This document shows, in pieces, positions 1 through 14,396 of a stretch of 64,000 nucleotides of DNA (its first letter is position 1; every line of letters begins with the position of its first letter). The notes beneath the pieces were generated by a model. The model did no database searches, was not told the DNA's origin, and saw only the letters and a program-made list of their open reading frames with translations. The DNA is from Paraspadella gotoi (taxonomy: Eukaryota; Animalia; Chaetognatha): assembly GCA_051294375.1 (NCBI GenBank), contig CM119263.1, positions 21,808,494 to 21,872,493 of the forward strand, given 5' to 3'. A program made the translations under genes and the position numbers.

Positions 1-3000
1 TCCTCGATCTTGTTCGACGCTTTTAGCAATCGCCCTTGCATCTCTGCCATTTCCTGGAAATGAGAACATGTTCGAATCAGGACATGTCATGAAACCGAGT
101 TCATGGTTAAATTTATATACGCTATTGTCTTTTACTAAAAGAAAAAATTGTTTTCCTTTCTAGTAGCTAGTGATAATAATGTTTTCTGCACGCCAGCTGT
201 CATGTCATGCTTTACATTTGGTTATGAACTGCAACATAACAAAAACATAGGAATTACATTTACCACTATGTATTTTGTTTACTTTTATTTGCGCGCCAAA
301 AATATCATCTTTCTCAGTCTGTTTAAAAATGGCAGAGGCGTGTCACGCGCAAGTTTCTCCCGTTTTTTTCCCAGGCGATAATTCGGTTTCATTTCTCTGC
401 CATCGACCGAATCGTCTCACGTACAAGACGCACTTTCCTCTCTTCCGCTAAACATCTAGAAAAAGCCGAGATAGATTTATCAATTTTCACATTCGCATGG
501 ACGAACGTTGTAAAATTAAATTGATAATAATTTATCGTTTAGGTCATAATCTAGTCAATATTCCATCATGCACGGACTAAAGAGTCTAAAAAAATTACAA
601 AAATTACAAAAAACAGAAAAAAAAACCCTTTTTCTTCCATGTTTTTCTTTATGCGTGTCAACAAGTTTCCGAACAACAAGAACCGTTACTCCGTCCCCAG
701 AGTCTGACAGCCAATATTCGTATTATGACAATCATAATTTCCCCCTTTCGCTTCCCCATTCTCCCCCAACCTTTTTTTTTTTTGTAAAAAGAAACTCATA
801 TTTTTTCCTTCTCTTTTTTGCGGCGAGAAAGGGGGGTGGGGGGGGGGGGCGAAAAGGAAAGTTCGAAACGTCGGACAACATTTTAGGGAATTACGGTTGT
901 CACTCTCTCTTCGCCCGGAAGAAAGAAAAAACCTTCGTTGTGGAGGTCGGGCTGGGTGTCGAGGCGACGGGCGTTGTGGGGAGTGATGAGAGACAGGAGT
1001 GATTTTGGATTGAGGAAAGGGAAAGATTGAAGAGAAGAGAGAGCGTCGAAGGTGAGTTAAGGGTCAGGTTTTATAACCGCGACCGAATTATAGGAAAAAA
1101 ATTTATCGCCGCTTAGAGAGGAATGAAAGGGAAAAGAGAAGAAAAGAGAGGAAATAAAGAAAAGAGAGGAAAGAGAGAAAATAAAAGTAGGAGCGATTGG
1201 GAGGGGGGAAGCGAAAAATAAAAAAATACGAGGTTAGGAAAAGAACGAGAGAAAAAGGAGAAAAAGTTGAAGGGTCGCGGATTATGTTGTTTTTCTTTTG
1301 ATGGAGGCTCCCCACTTTTTCTCGCTGCCGCCGCCCGCATCCCGCCGCAGCCGCCACCCGGCTACGTAAACCGAAAGCGTCAGAGGACCGTAAACAGGGA
1401 CAACAAGCGTCAATGTCTTGATGCTGCGGCGTACGATATTTTGGAAGACGAGTTGGCGAATCTTTAAGTCTGTATACATATAGCAGTGCTAAAGCAAACT
1501 TACAGATATTTTCTAAATGAGTACGAAAAGGACAAAAAATGAAAGAATCTGAAAGGTTAGTATACGTAAAAGTATAACTTTTACGTCAGTTTGAGCTAGC
1601 TAAAAACATACTTCACCAGGGTAAAAACGCTGGTCGATTACAAATTCCAATTAATTCCAGCCAGGACTAAAAATACAATAGAATGAAATTTCACAGATAG
1701 GGAAGCCAGTATCTGATGAAGAGACGGGAGAGCTGATGAAATGAGAGCCGCTTCATATCTTTGATGATGGAGTTAAAAGCGTCAACAGGCAGAACTATTA
1801 AATGTGGTTTTTATGGTGTCCAATATATTGATTTGATCTGTGCGAGTAGTTCCCGATCATAGAGTGTCTTTATACAATTGAAACACTTTGTTTCACTCTT
1901 GTAGCCATATCGAGTGATACGGACTGTGAGCTGATTAATTGCAACTGCTTGTCATATAAATAGAGCCTAAACACCAACGTAGTAGAAATAGCTTATTTTA
2001 AATTTTATATGGTTGCCATCAATCAGCTTTGTATTGATGCTTGCGTCATGTTTGATTAATATTTAGGATGTTTTCATACAATGAAATTTGATTCACTCAT
2101 GATAGTGCAGACTCGGGTAATAAACAAGGAGAGAGTATTAACTTGCAGATTGCAGTAATCTTGTGTTAGTTAACAACCTGTCAGCGGCGATAGCTTTTTT
2201 TAAGAAGGATATTTATATTGGCATTTCTAATCAGTCCTATTATGCTAGCGGATAAATAAATTCCTCTAATACTTTAGAGGGTTCATATTAACATCTTAAT
2301 ATCATCATTTAGGGCAGGTACTCTGAGTAATAGGCGTGAGAGTCTGTTGAGCTGCAGCTCATGCATCTGTAGTTGGGCTAACACAAAGCTTCCAAGCACA
2401 AGATACTATGTGTATATGTGTACATCATAACATCTTATTTGAGTAGGGAGATAGTATTCCATTAAACTTAAGGTCTCAACATTGAACATGATTCCTCATA
2501 AGGACGGACTTGGAGTGAATAACACTGAGAATCTGATGAAAGCTTCAGAGCTCTATAATCTTAAGTGAGAGCCTACCAAGCTGTCCAAGTCGGGCGAGCT
2601 ATATTATGATATATTAATTACAATATAACTTGTCGCTTCGTCCTTACGCAATCGCTCACAAATAAGCACACACAATTAAATAGGTTACACCTCAATGACC
2701 AACGTCAATAAAACAGCACGTTCGCTGCGGAATGACCCGCCAACCACCAGTGAAAACAATATCCATCTTAGCGTTGACATCGCGCTTCAGCAGCGGCAGC
2801 AGCGGCACTGACATTAACGAGTCGACAGTCGCTGCTGCGTCGACCATAACGAGCTCGAAGAAAACAAAGCAAAGGGCGACTCGTTATCCTACTTATCCTT
2901 CTTGACTTTACGACGAGAAATTTATTCAAGACTTTTTTCCTCCTTTTCTTTTTTTGCTTTGGTTTTCTTTTTCTCTTCTTATTTCTTACCTTTTAATTTT

Positions 3001-3515
3001 CCTTTTTCGTATTCGTTTTTTTTTTTTTAGGTTAACGCTGCTGTGATTCCGCCAATCAGGAGTGAATTAACCGTTTGATTGTGCCTTGTCAGACGATGGT
3101 ATTTTTTTGCGGTTCGCTCTGGTTGCTTTTATGATAAATGTTCTTTTTTGTTAACTTCTGAGGTACATTTTCTTTAGCCTATACCTAATGTAGAATTTAT
3201 CCACCAATAGTATGTGTGGTTTTCTTAAAAACTATAGTATATATACTGTATAGTGTGTACTGTGTAAGTAGTCAAAGAGAATTGCAATGAAAGAGAGATT
3301 TATTACTATTTATTCAGAAAACTATTCACTTAAACTTTACAGAAGCGTCCGTTACTTAACGAAATAAAAGGAACCAAGGTTAAGCATCATTGACCCATTC
3401 TCGTTTCTCACCCGGCGAATATTCTTCTGCATCTCGAAGATTGTCTGCGCCACCGTTCGCCTTTTGTCTCCGATGTTTTTTCCGGATTTAAACTCCTCCC
3501 CGCCACCGTTGCCTC
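1..3515 (-). CDS. Second copy of the last two identified exons (3412-3515 and <1-53) of the secreted-protein gene
   Basis: Exon sequences match 12505-12608 and 9880-9932, with the same splice sites. Confidence 0.55.
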
Positions 3516-3554
3516 CTGTCGGGAAATGCAGTCCCAACTGATGACCTTCCCATT

Positions 3555-4431
3555 GTATAAATATTAAAAATAAAAAATATTCAAAAAAGAAATAATTAAA
3601 AGTAGTACAAAGAAAAAATATAATTTTCATTAAAGTATTTTAAAATTATATTCATGACATAAAGGTGCCCCAATAGACCTTTCCCCAGTATGTATCCCTA
3701 TCAGAAAATACAATTCTACATGGTAGTCTTATCCCTATTGGTAAAAAATCATATATAACTTTGGTCCCCCCTCAAAAAATTATCCATTCCCACCCCTTTC
3801 TGTTCAGCCTCTTAGATATTATGATTTTTCATTAATGACTTTCTAACAGAAACGATGTGTGATATCTATTAGAAAACTAGGACAGAATACAACACTTACT
3901 TCCCCTTCCCAAATTGAGTTATTAGATATAATGATAAGTAAAATTTTTTTAAGAAAGAAAGAAAGTTTAAAATAATATAGTATGGCAACAGCCGGGNNNN
4001 NNNNNNTATAAATATTAAAAATCAAAAATATTCAGAAAAGAAATAATTAAAAGTAGTACAAAGAAAAAATATAATTTTCATTAAAGTATTTTAAAATTAT
4101 ATTCATGACATAAAGGTGCCCCAATAGACCTTTCCCCAGTATGTATCCCTATCAGAAAATACAATTCTACATGGTAGTCTTATCCCTATTGGTAAAAAAA
4201 TCATATATAACTTTGGTCCCCCCTCAAAAAATTATCCATTCCCACCCCTTTCTGTGCAGCCTCTTAGATATTATGATTTTTCATTAATGACTTTCTAACA
4301 GAAATGATGTGTGATATCTATTAGAAAACTAGGACAGAATACAACACTTACTTCCCCTTCCCAAATTGAGTTATTAGATATAATGATAAGTAAAAATTTT
4401 TTAAGAAAGAAAGAAAGTTTAAATAATATAG
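3555..4431 (+). repeat. ~440-bp tandem duplication across an N-gap
   Basis: 3557-3980 is almost identical to 4008-4431. Confidence 0.85.
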
Positions 4432-5300
4432 ATTAAATATTAAATCCTTCATAAAATATAAAAATAGAAAATAGTGAAACAAGTAATTTGCAAATTTTCA
4501 TAAGATAAAATTTATATAATCTATATACATATCTATATATATGTATATATATATATATAATCATAATAACCATATGCGTAATATTCAATTTTAAAATAAG
4601 TGTTTTTTTCTACTATAGCCTTCTGCCATTCTTCAACCCTATCTTCCAAAGTCTAGGATCATGAGTCTATTTTATAAGCTGCACCTTAAGTTAAGGCTCT
4701 TCCAGCCTTAACTCGTGCTACGCAATGAATCTCACACACTTGGGCGGGGGAGGACTATTTTTATTTTCTTTTTTTTTCTTACGTTTTCTTTCTCTTTGTC
4801 TTTCCTATATTTTTTCTATTTCGCCAAAGCAAAAGTGCGTTGAACGATTTGCAAAACTAATCGGATTCAGTCGCCATTTTTTTTGGGGGGGGGCGGACCG
4901 GCCCCGGGCGGGCAATGACGCTGTCACCTACGTTTCTGGTTGTAAATGACGCCGTCAATGCTCTTCGACAAACGTTGACATTCAATTATAAAAAAAAGGT
5001 TTTTCTTTAAGAATAACTATTATATTTTTAAAAGTGAAAGGTTANNNNNNNNNNNNNNNNNNNNNNNNNNNNNNNNNNNNNNNNNNNNNNNNNNNNNNNN
5101 NNNNNNNNNNNNNNNNNNNNNNNNNNNNNNNNNNNNNNNNNNNNNNNNNNNNNNNNNNNNNNNNNNNNNNNNNNNNNNNNNNNNNNNNNNNNNNNNNNNN
5201 NNNNNNNNNNNNNNNNNNNNNNNNNNNNNNNNNNNNNNNNNNNNNNNNNNNNNNNNNNNNNNNNNNNNNNNNNNNNNNNNNNNNNNNNNNNNNNNNNNNN

Positions 5301-5672
5301 GAAATTGGACAATGGACAACCTGAGAATGAGTTTGACTAAACCTCTTTTCGGGTTAATTTTACTTTTGCCGACCGAGGTTAGGGGTTAAAGGTTAGGGTT
5401 GAGAGTGGTTTAAGGGTGGTTTGGGCTTAGGGTAATTAGGTTATAATTTTATTAATTTTTTTAAAAATAAATATTTTTAAGTANNNNNNNNNNNNNNNNN
5501 NNNNNNNNAAAAACTACTTAAAAAATATTTATTTTTAAAAAAATTAATAAAATACCCTAAGCCTAAACCACCCTTAAACCACTCTTAACCCTAACCTCGT
5601 ATGCAAAAGTAAATTAACCCCGAAAAAGAGGATTAGTCAAACTCATTCTCAGGTTGTCCATTGTCCAATTTC
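5301..5672. mobile_element. Foldback/MITE-like palindrome with telomere-like (TTAGGG) internal motifs
   Basis: 5301-5483 is the imperfect reverse complement of 5509-5672 across a short N-gap. Confidence 0.55.
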
Positions 5673-6799
5673 GTTTTTTTAATGAAAAAACCTCATATTC
5701 CTCTTAGACCATTGACAGTTACCACACTCTGTTTTTCAAATCTAAATGAATGAATCAAAAAATGTATGAGACCTTTGGCTTTTAAATGAAAGAACTTCCC
5801 TCCACGAAAAACCTCGTCCTAAATCTTTTTGAATCAAGTTTAAGGTCCGGATCACTCAATTCAAATTATAATTAGGCTAAAACTGAGCTCGGATTTCGAA
5901 AGGAGAGCTCCTGACGATTCCGAAAATGTATTCACTTTACTATTTTTTCAAAGACGTCATCGTTTTTTTTTTCGAATTTTTTTTGTAGCTATAATAAAAT
6001 AAAGAAAACCTAATTTGAAAGAGTTGGCAGCCAAACCGGTAAGGCGGTTTCTCATGAAATATGGGCATGAATTACCTTTAGGTCACGACCTCTAATTCTA
6101 TGAAAAGATACTTTCAAAATTTGTCTTCCTTCATAGAATTTGTTTTTTTCTTTTGATGTGTGGCGAAAATAAAAAGAGAGACTTTTTTAGGTAAATAAGG
6201 TTTATATTAGAGAGAGAAACAGACACTAGATTGGATGGACAAGCACTTTTTAGATATGGAAAATGAGTCATACAATAAGGTAGTTTTCACGCGGTGGCGA
6301 ATTCTAAGGCCAATCAAGGACAGGAAATTCGAACGAGTTTTTCATTCACGTTCTCTCTCTTCAACCCCCCACCTATTTTCGTTGTGAGTTTTTCGTGTTT
6401 GTTAAACGTCGGAAATATAAAATTTATCAATTATTTAATTTAAAATTGCACATTCTATAATATCTACTTATTTTTAGTAAACATGCTAACGGTTGCAATA
6501 ATTATTTAACATTTGTACAATGTAGGGTAAGGTTTGAGAAATTAGTTTGTAATTAAAACTTCGGAGAGGCTCATTCATTGTCATCGATTGGAGTGAACAT
6601 TCTGGGAGGTTTACTCGAATCTTTGCTGCTCGTACTTGGTTGGATTCGTGTATTGGGGTGCCGATGTTGAGCGCGAAGAGCAGAATCGCAGGTTATGTTC
6701 TTGTCAGGATCAGCATTGGGATTCTATGATTGTTCATCGGGCCTGCCGCGCGTTGGAGATGATGATCGATGACGTGGACGACCTCTTGGACCGTGAGGG

Positions 6800-9450
6800 G
6801 AAGTGGTACGGGGGAGATTCTTCATCAATAACCGCGGGTTTAAAGGGCGATCAATGGAAACAGTTTCGTTACCCCTTCCTGAATGGTGTAAGATGAAAGA
6901 TTTTTTTCATTTCTTGAGACAACGCGTAAGGGCCGTCGTAGAGGACGCGATTAAGTGGGCCAGCGGTGGCGCGCGCGGGACGAAGATAGACCAATTCTGC
7001 GGTTTTAGAAGTGTGTCTGGAACATGCCTGGGTGTAGGTTTGGTGTGGGCGAGTTCCAGGAGTGGGGCGCATGATTGGCAACTTCATGACGGAGATCTCT
7101 TAGGACATTAGCACTCGTTCTTGAGCATCAACTTCTGGAAGAGGAGGTTCATTTGTAATGAGTTCTCCAGGAATATAAGGTTTTCTCCCTATAACTAATT
7201 CACGGACAGGAAGATGCTTGGAGCATACATCTTTTGGAGTTGTGCGAAGACCTAGGAGGAATACCAAGGCAGTTTTGTGAAACCAATTGTTACCATTTTG
7301 TGTCACACTTAGTTTGGAGAGATGCCCGTTTTATGTGTCTAAATGAAATCTTTCCACCATAACGTTGGGAATTGTGGATGATATGCAGTTGTTTGTGAAA
7401 AGCTGATAACCAATGGTTTTGAGACACGTTGGCGGCCACAATTCGGATGAAAATTGAAGCACCTCGTCTGAAGGTCACTGAAACAGAACTCCAAATCGAG
7501 CAATCCAGTTGTGATGAGAATGCTGTTGCAATGGCTGCAGTATATTTGTTTCTTTATAAGCTGGGATGGACTTTCGAGGCCCAACGTGAAAAAACGGTCG
7601 ACACAAGTGAGGGAAATGTGTAATCCATTGGAGGGGGAAGGGGAGCCAAACTAGATCTAATATGAAACATGTTGGAACGAGTTTCTTGGGTTTTCAAAAT
7701 GGCTGTAGTGGTGTTGGGTGTGGCGTTGTATTTTTGCAACGTTGACACCTGAATGGCCATTGAAGAGCCAACTTTTGGGCATCTGGCAGAGATTGTGGGC
7801 CAGACAAAACGTTGGCAGAGTACATCTTCTTTGTGCTTGTTGGCAGATGGATGTGAAGAGGCCATGTACTCCTTATCAAATAACATACGTCATTCGCCAT
7901 GTTTCTGGTACAACAGGGGCGCGCTTTGCCCGTGCTGATGTCGCAATTATGTCAATGTTGTTTATGCGGATATTGAGCAAGGCCGCAGACCAGTGTGTGG
8001 GTCACGAAGAAGTCGTTGAACATCGATGTCGGGTGGTATTTTGGCTCTGTGGCCATTGAGCATGTATGAAAATCAATGACCTGGTTTTCAATAGCATTTT
8101 ATGGTTGTTTCGAGGAGAGAGACTGTTATTCAAGTTGTTATGTATGACGCGAAGATAAGGGGCATCGCAAACAATATTTGCTTTGAGGCCTTCATGATCT
8201 AATATCAGTGTGTACTCAGATAATGCAAGAAAGTTGGTATGTTTGTCTCGGCTGAATAGAGGTTCAAAGAATTTTTTACGAAATTGATGGAACAAGGAAG
8301 TTGTGATCAGTGAACAGGCAGAATGGACGTCCCTCTAGGATGGTCGGAAATGACGAATAAGGCGCGAATGCAGCAAGAACTCTCTGTCAAAAGAGGGCCA
8401 TTAAACCTTGTGTCAGTGAGAGGTGAGGAAAAAAATGAGAGTGGTTTCCATACACCATCAACAGCTTGTTCCCAAGGACACCACTCCGCATTGCAAAGAT
8501 TGGAGGCATTCAACATAGTGAGTGGCTAGGGGAGCGCCATCAATGGGATGGACAAGCATGGTTGCCTGGCTAGAGTCTCTTTGGCAGTGTTTGAATCTTA
8601 TACGCAATTCCTTGTGACACACGTGAGTCTGCTTGGCTTTCCCTCTGAGAGCGACATAAAGAGGGTGAAAAAAAAGGAAGGTGAGCTGCCTTTGGGTATG
8701 AAAACGACGATAGTAAGTCAGAACTCCTAAAACGTATTGGAGTTCTTTGATCGTCGTTGTGTGCTGGGAATTTGCGCAGGTCTTCGCTTTGGCTGGAAGT
8801 GAGGTTATGCTACCTGCAGCAGCTGACTATCAGTACCCAAGAAATTCAAGAGAAGAAGGCGCCAAAGATGCATTTTGAGGCGTTAAATAACCATGCCCAT
8901 TTAGCGGCGAGAGTGTTGAAGAGGAAACAAAGGTCCTCGAGGTGTTCTTCTTCAGAGGTGAAAGCAACCAAGAATTATCATCAAGGTAACAAAGCAATGA
9001 GGGACTCCATTAAAGGACGGCGTCCATCAATTCTTTGAAGTCTTGGCCGCTGTATATCATTGAGGCCAGAAAGGCATTCTAAAGAATCGTAAAGAGAGAA
9101 GCCACAAAAAGGAATGTGATAATGGCTAAGTTTTTTGTGGATGTCTCTTTCAGCTACGGAATCTGGTGAAACCCTTTATGTAAAGGTCATTTTAAGAAAA
9201 GACCTTTTTTCCGCAATGTGAGCATTGAAAATGCAAGGATGTGGCTTGATGGGATATCGGTCATCCTTTGTGACAGCATTTGAAGTCTGCGGTAATCTCC
9301 GCAAGGGCGGAGACTTCCCATCGGGTTTTTTTTGACTATGTGGAGTGGCGAGGACCATGAATCTGTGGCTTTTGCGAATGATGGCCAAGAGCCTCCATTT
9401 GTAAATTCTGCTTTTGCTGGCTGCAAGATTTCAAAAGACGCCAAAACCCC
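6800..9450 (-). mobile_element. Decayed Ty3/Gypsy LTR retrotransposon pol (RT-RNaseH-integrase)
   Basis: Frameshifted motifs SWSSPLHIVKK(P)DG.LRPCGDYRRL and DRYPI (RT), CQRCK (integrase zinc finger), LTCVDRF.RW (integrase core), LGLRTTPKD and IPGE. RT-before-IN order indicates Gypsy. No LTR pair identified. Confidence 0.85.
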
Positions 9451-9778
9451 GATCGGCGAAAGTAAAATTTAGCCCTCTTTTTAAATGTTTTTGCGCTGTC
9501 GAAATTTGATACCTTATTCCGTCTAACCATATTTTCGTTTCCTATTTCGTAAAAAACTAATGCATAAAGTGGTATTTACGAGCCTTTTTTTTATTCTAAG
9601 GTCATGAAAATGTCTTGGACAGGACCATAAAAGTAAAAAAACAGCGATATTAAATTAAACTTATGTGCATTGTGCAACCATAAATGATTCTTTAAGTTTA
9701 AGTTTGAATCATCTATCTATTTGCGCGTATCGACGCAGTCGCAGGTCAAACGAAAGTCTTAACGCCGCTTGAACTTAC

Positions 9779-12700
9779 CCACAATGGGTCCGGCGACGTC
9801 GTCTCCCGAGGCGACAGAGGGCAGGACGGAGGCGACTCGGATTTGGTAGGTGAGGTCGGCCATCCGTCGATCGATCTGTTCCTCGATCTTGTTCGACGCT
9901 TTTAGCAATCGCCCTTGCATCTCTGCCATTTCCTGGAAATGAGAACATGTTCGAATCAGGACATGTCATGAAACCGAGTTCATGGTTAAATTTTATATAC
10001 GTTATTGTCTTTTACTAAAAGAAAAAATTGTTTTCCTTTCTAGTAGCTAGTGATAATAATGTTTTCTGCACGCCAGCTGTCATGTCATGCTTTAACATTT
10101 GGTTATGAACTGCAACATAACAAAAACATAGGAATTACATTTACCACTATGTATTTTTGTTTACTTTTATTTTGCGCGCCAAAAATATCATCTTTCTCAG
10201 TCTGTTTAAAAATGGCAGAGGCGTGTCACGCGCAAGTTTCTCCCGTTTTTTTCCCAGGCGATAATTCGGTTTCATTTCTCTGCCATCGACCGAATCGTCT
10301 CACGTACAAGACGCACTTTCCTCTCTTCCGCTAAACATCTAGAAAAAGCCGAGATAGATTTATCAATTTTCACATTCGCATGGACGAACGTTGTAAAATT
10401 AAATTGATAATAATTTATCGTTTAGGGTCATAATCTAGTCAATATTCCATCATGCACGGACTAAAGAGTCTAAAAAAATTACAAAAATTACAAAAAACAG
10501 AAAAAAAAACCCTTTTTCTTCCATGTTTTTCTTTATGCGTAGTCAACAAGTTTCCGAACAACAAGAACCGTTACTCCGTCCCCAGAGTCTGACAGCCAAT
10601 ATTCGTATTATGACAATCATAATTTCCCCCCTTTCGCTTCCCCATTCTCCCCCAACCTTTTTTTTTTGTAAAAAGAAACTCATATTTTTTCCTTCTCTTT
10701 TTTGCGGCGAGAAAGGGGGGTGGGGGGGGGGGGGGAAAAGGAAAGTTCGAAACGTCGGACAACATTTTAGGGAATTACGGTTGTCACTCTCTCTTCGCCC
10801 CGGAAGAAAGAAAAAACCTTGTGGAGGTCGGGCTGGGGTGTCGAGGCGACGGGCGTTGTGGGGAGTGATGAGAGACAGGAGTGATTTTGGATTGAGGAAA
10901 GGGAAAGATTGAAGAGAAAGAGAGAGCGTCGAAGGTGAGTTAAGGGTCAGGTTTTATAACCGCGACCGAATTATAGGAAAAAAATTTATCGCCGCTTAGA
11001 GAGGAATGAAAGGGAAAAGAGAAGAAAAGAGAGGAAATAAAGAAAAGAGAGGAAAGAGAGAAAATAAAAAGTAGGAGCGATTGGGAGGGGGGAAGCGAAA
11101 AATAAAAAAATACGAGGTTAGGAAAAGAACGAGAGAAAAAGGAGAAAAAGTTGAAGGGTCGCGGATTATGTTGTTTTTCTTTTGATGGAGGCTCCCCACT
11201 TTTTCTCGCTGCCGCCGCCCGCATCCCGCCGCAGCCGCCACCCCGGCTACGTAAACCCGAAAGCGTCAATGAGGAACCGTAAACAAAGGGACGATAACAA
11301 AAGCGTCAATGTCTATTGGGAAAAAGGTGTCTGGGAGGAAACAAAGGCCGATGAAACGCGAAATCCTATTTTGGGAAAGACAGAAGTTTGGCGAAATCTT
11401 TTAAGTCTGATACTACCGATATAGCATGCTTGCTAAAAAAGACAAAAACTGTAACTTATGATTTTATTTTTTCTTAAATTTTGAGTCATCGATGACTAAT
11501 GGCGACTTCAAAAATAATTAATGAAACGTAATGCCGTAGAAAAGGTTAGTTATCTGTCATCAGATATAATTTAATCGCATTTATATAACTTTTACGTTCA
11601 GTTTTGAGCCTCAGCCTAGAAAAACACACATACGTTACACACAAGAAGAGTAAAAACGCCTGGCTCGACATTTATATATCCGCCAAACAGTTTTTCCAGT
11701 CGACTATAAAATATACGGACTTGTCGCTTCGTCCTTACGCAATCGCTCACAAATAAGCACACACAATTAAAATAGGTTACAACCTCAATGACCAACGTCA
11801 ATAAAACAGCACGTTTCGCTGCGGAATGACCCGCCAACCACCAGTGAAAACAATATCCATCTTAGCGTTGACATCGACTCTTCAGCAGCGGCAGCAGCGG
11901 CCACTGACATTAACGAGTCGACAGTCGCTGCTGCGTCGACCATAACGAGCTCGAAGAAAACAAAGCAAAGGGCGACTCGTTATCCTACTTATCCTTCTTG
12001 ACTTTACGACGAGAAATTTATTCAAGACTTTTTTCCTCCTTTTCTTTTTTTGCTTTGGTTTTCTTTTTCTCTTTCTATTTCTAACTTTTTATTTTCCTTT
12101 TTTATTCGTTTTTTTTTTTAGGTTAACGCTGCTGTGATTCCGCCAATCAGGAGTGAATTAACCCGTTTGATTGTGCCTTGTCAGACGATGGTATTTTTTT
12201 GCGGTTCGCTCTGGTTGCTTTTTAATAAGATGTTCTTTTTTGTTAACTTCTGAGGTACATTTTCTTTAGCCTATACCTAATGTAAGAATTTATCCCACCA
12301 ATAGTATGGGTGGTTTTCTTAAAAAACTATAGTATATATACTGTATCGTGTGTACTGTGAAAGAGAAAAGAGAATTGAAATGAAAGAGAGAATTTGATTA
12401 CTATTTATTCAGAAAAACTATTCACTTAAACTTTACAAAGGTCGTTACTTAACGAAATAAAAGGAACCAAGGTTAAGCATCATTGACCCATTCTCGTTTC
12501 TCACCCGGCGAATATTCTTCTGCATCTCGAAGATTGTCTGCGCCACCGTTCGCCTTTTGTCTCCGATGTTTTTTCCGGATTTAAACTCCTCCCCGCCACC
12601 GTTGCCTCCTGTCGGGGAAATGCAGAACAAAACAAATGGAACGGCTCGATTAAACGAACAAAACAAAAGAGAGCCAGGTTGCCGCTGGCCCACCGTTGGG

Positions 12701-13143
12701 GAAGAGAGAGAGAGAGAGAGAGAGAAGCCGGTCACGCACTTTACTCACTTATCTCCCCGTTGTCGTCCACCATCCCAGTATCGGTGAGTCGAGCCGGAGC
12801 CCCGCTGTGCGGCTGCCGTCGGGTAGGTTCGTCTCCCATCATCATCATGGGCTGATGCTAAGGTCCGTGGACAAGTGGTGAGAGGCAGACAAATAGTTAT
12901 TATTTATGGGATTGGTACGCTCAGTGGTTTAACGCTGACACTGAGAGTTATTCTTTATTTGTTTATATCTTTCTGCAACGTAATCGTCTTTGAAGTTTTT
13001 TTGGGGGAATTTTTGGCAAAATAAATGAAAATTATTTTTTTCAAATCTTCTTCTATTGTTTGTTTTCTTCTTCGATTCCCCAGACAGGCATTTCCTTAAT
13101 TGACGAATTTTTTTCCTCCCCCTTGTAAAAATTTCATTAAATT

Positions 13144-13193
<50 letters not shown>

Positions 13194-13556
13194 CTTGGAG
13201 CGTTCTTTTCCCATTCGGTACATCGGGATTCCAATTACACTCCATCACAAATCTGTTTTTCCCTCCGACTTTTTTCTTTTTCCCTTTTCCTCCCTCCCTC
13301 CCTCATTTCCTCTTCTCTTTTCATTTTCTATTTCCTTAGGTTTTTTTGGTTTTATTGACTTCGATATCCTCGGTTTTACTTCCACTCTGTTTTTTTTCTT
13401 TTCAACTTTCTCCTTTCTTTTTCTTCTTTCCTCGATTTTCGTTGTTTCGTTTTCTATCTGCCTCCGTTTTTTGTTTAACCTCTTCTAGATTTTCTTCGGT
13501 TTCTGTTTGCCTCTTCGTTTATGATATCTATGCGCGTCTTCGCATTTTGTTTGTTG

Positions 13557-13650
<94 letters not shown>

Positions 13651-14300
13651 CTTATGATTGATATCGTCATTGATATTTGTTTTGGTCAGCAGATTTTTTT
13701 TTTTCGTTCGGTATAAAGTGCTATTTGTTTCATCTCGAAAAACAAAAAAGGAAACGTTCCTCCCATCCACAACCTTCTATCTTTTCTCTTCTTTTCCTTT
13801 CCTCCCTTATCTCTCCTCCCACCTTCCCCCCTACCTTCCCCCCTCTAACCCCTCGTTCCATAAAACTTTTTCATCATATCACCTCCTGTTTGTTGTCCCT
13901 CGGCGTTGTCTTTTCTCCCCTCGTTCTCGTCGCGGCGTTGATGACGCAATTTTCCTCGTTCGCGGAACATTTGATCGTCGTCGTCCTCGTCGTCGTCTCC
14001 GTCGTCGGCGGGGTCGTCGCCGTAAACAGCCTCGAGGGCTTCTCTCTGTCGATACAGAAAAAAAAGAAAGAAAATTGACGGTAGATGGCGGGTAAAGAAA
14101 GGGGCATAAAAAATAAAATCGTGAAGAAAAACAAAGGACATTGATTAAAAAAGAAAAAGCGGCGCGGGCGTTTTTCCTGGGAACAACCGTTAAGAATAAA
14201 AAAAAAAACTCATACGACATTATTCCGAGAATGACGACCAACTAACGGGCGTGATTAAAACAATGTACGACGGAAGAATCATCTCTCTCTCTCTTTCTCT

Positions 14301-14396
<96 letters not shown>

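Noticed and set aside
11787-12001. Short + strand ORF-like segment (MTNVNKTAR...RYPTYPS) nested in an intron; also at 2695-2905
   Set aside because: Frameshifted differently in the two copies, low complexity and no recognisable domain.
1-12625. The 2.7-3.5 kb direct repeats flanking the Gypsy pol as giant LTRs
   Set aside because: The repeats contain spliced exons of a host gene, lack TG..CA termini, PBS and PPT, and are separated by N-gaps. An uncollapsed haplotype or local duplication is more likely.
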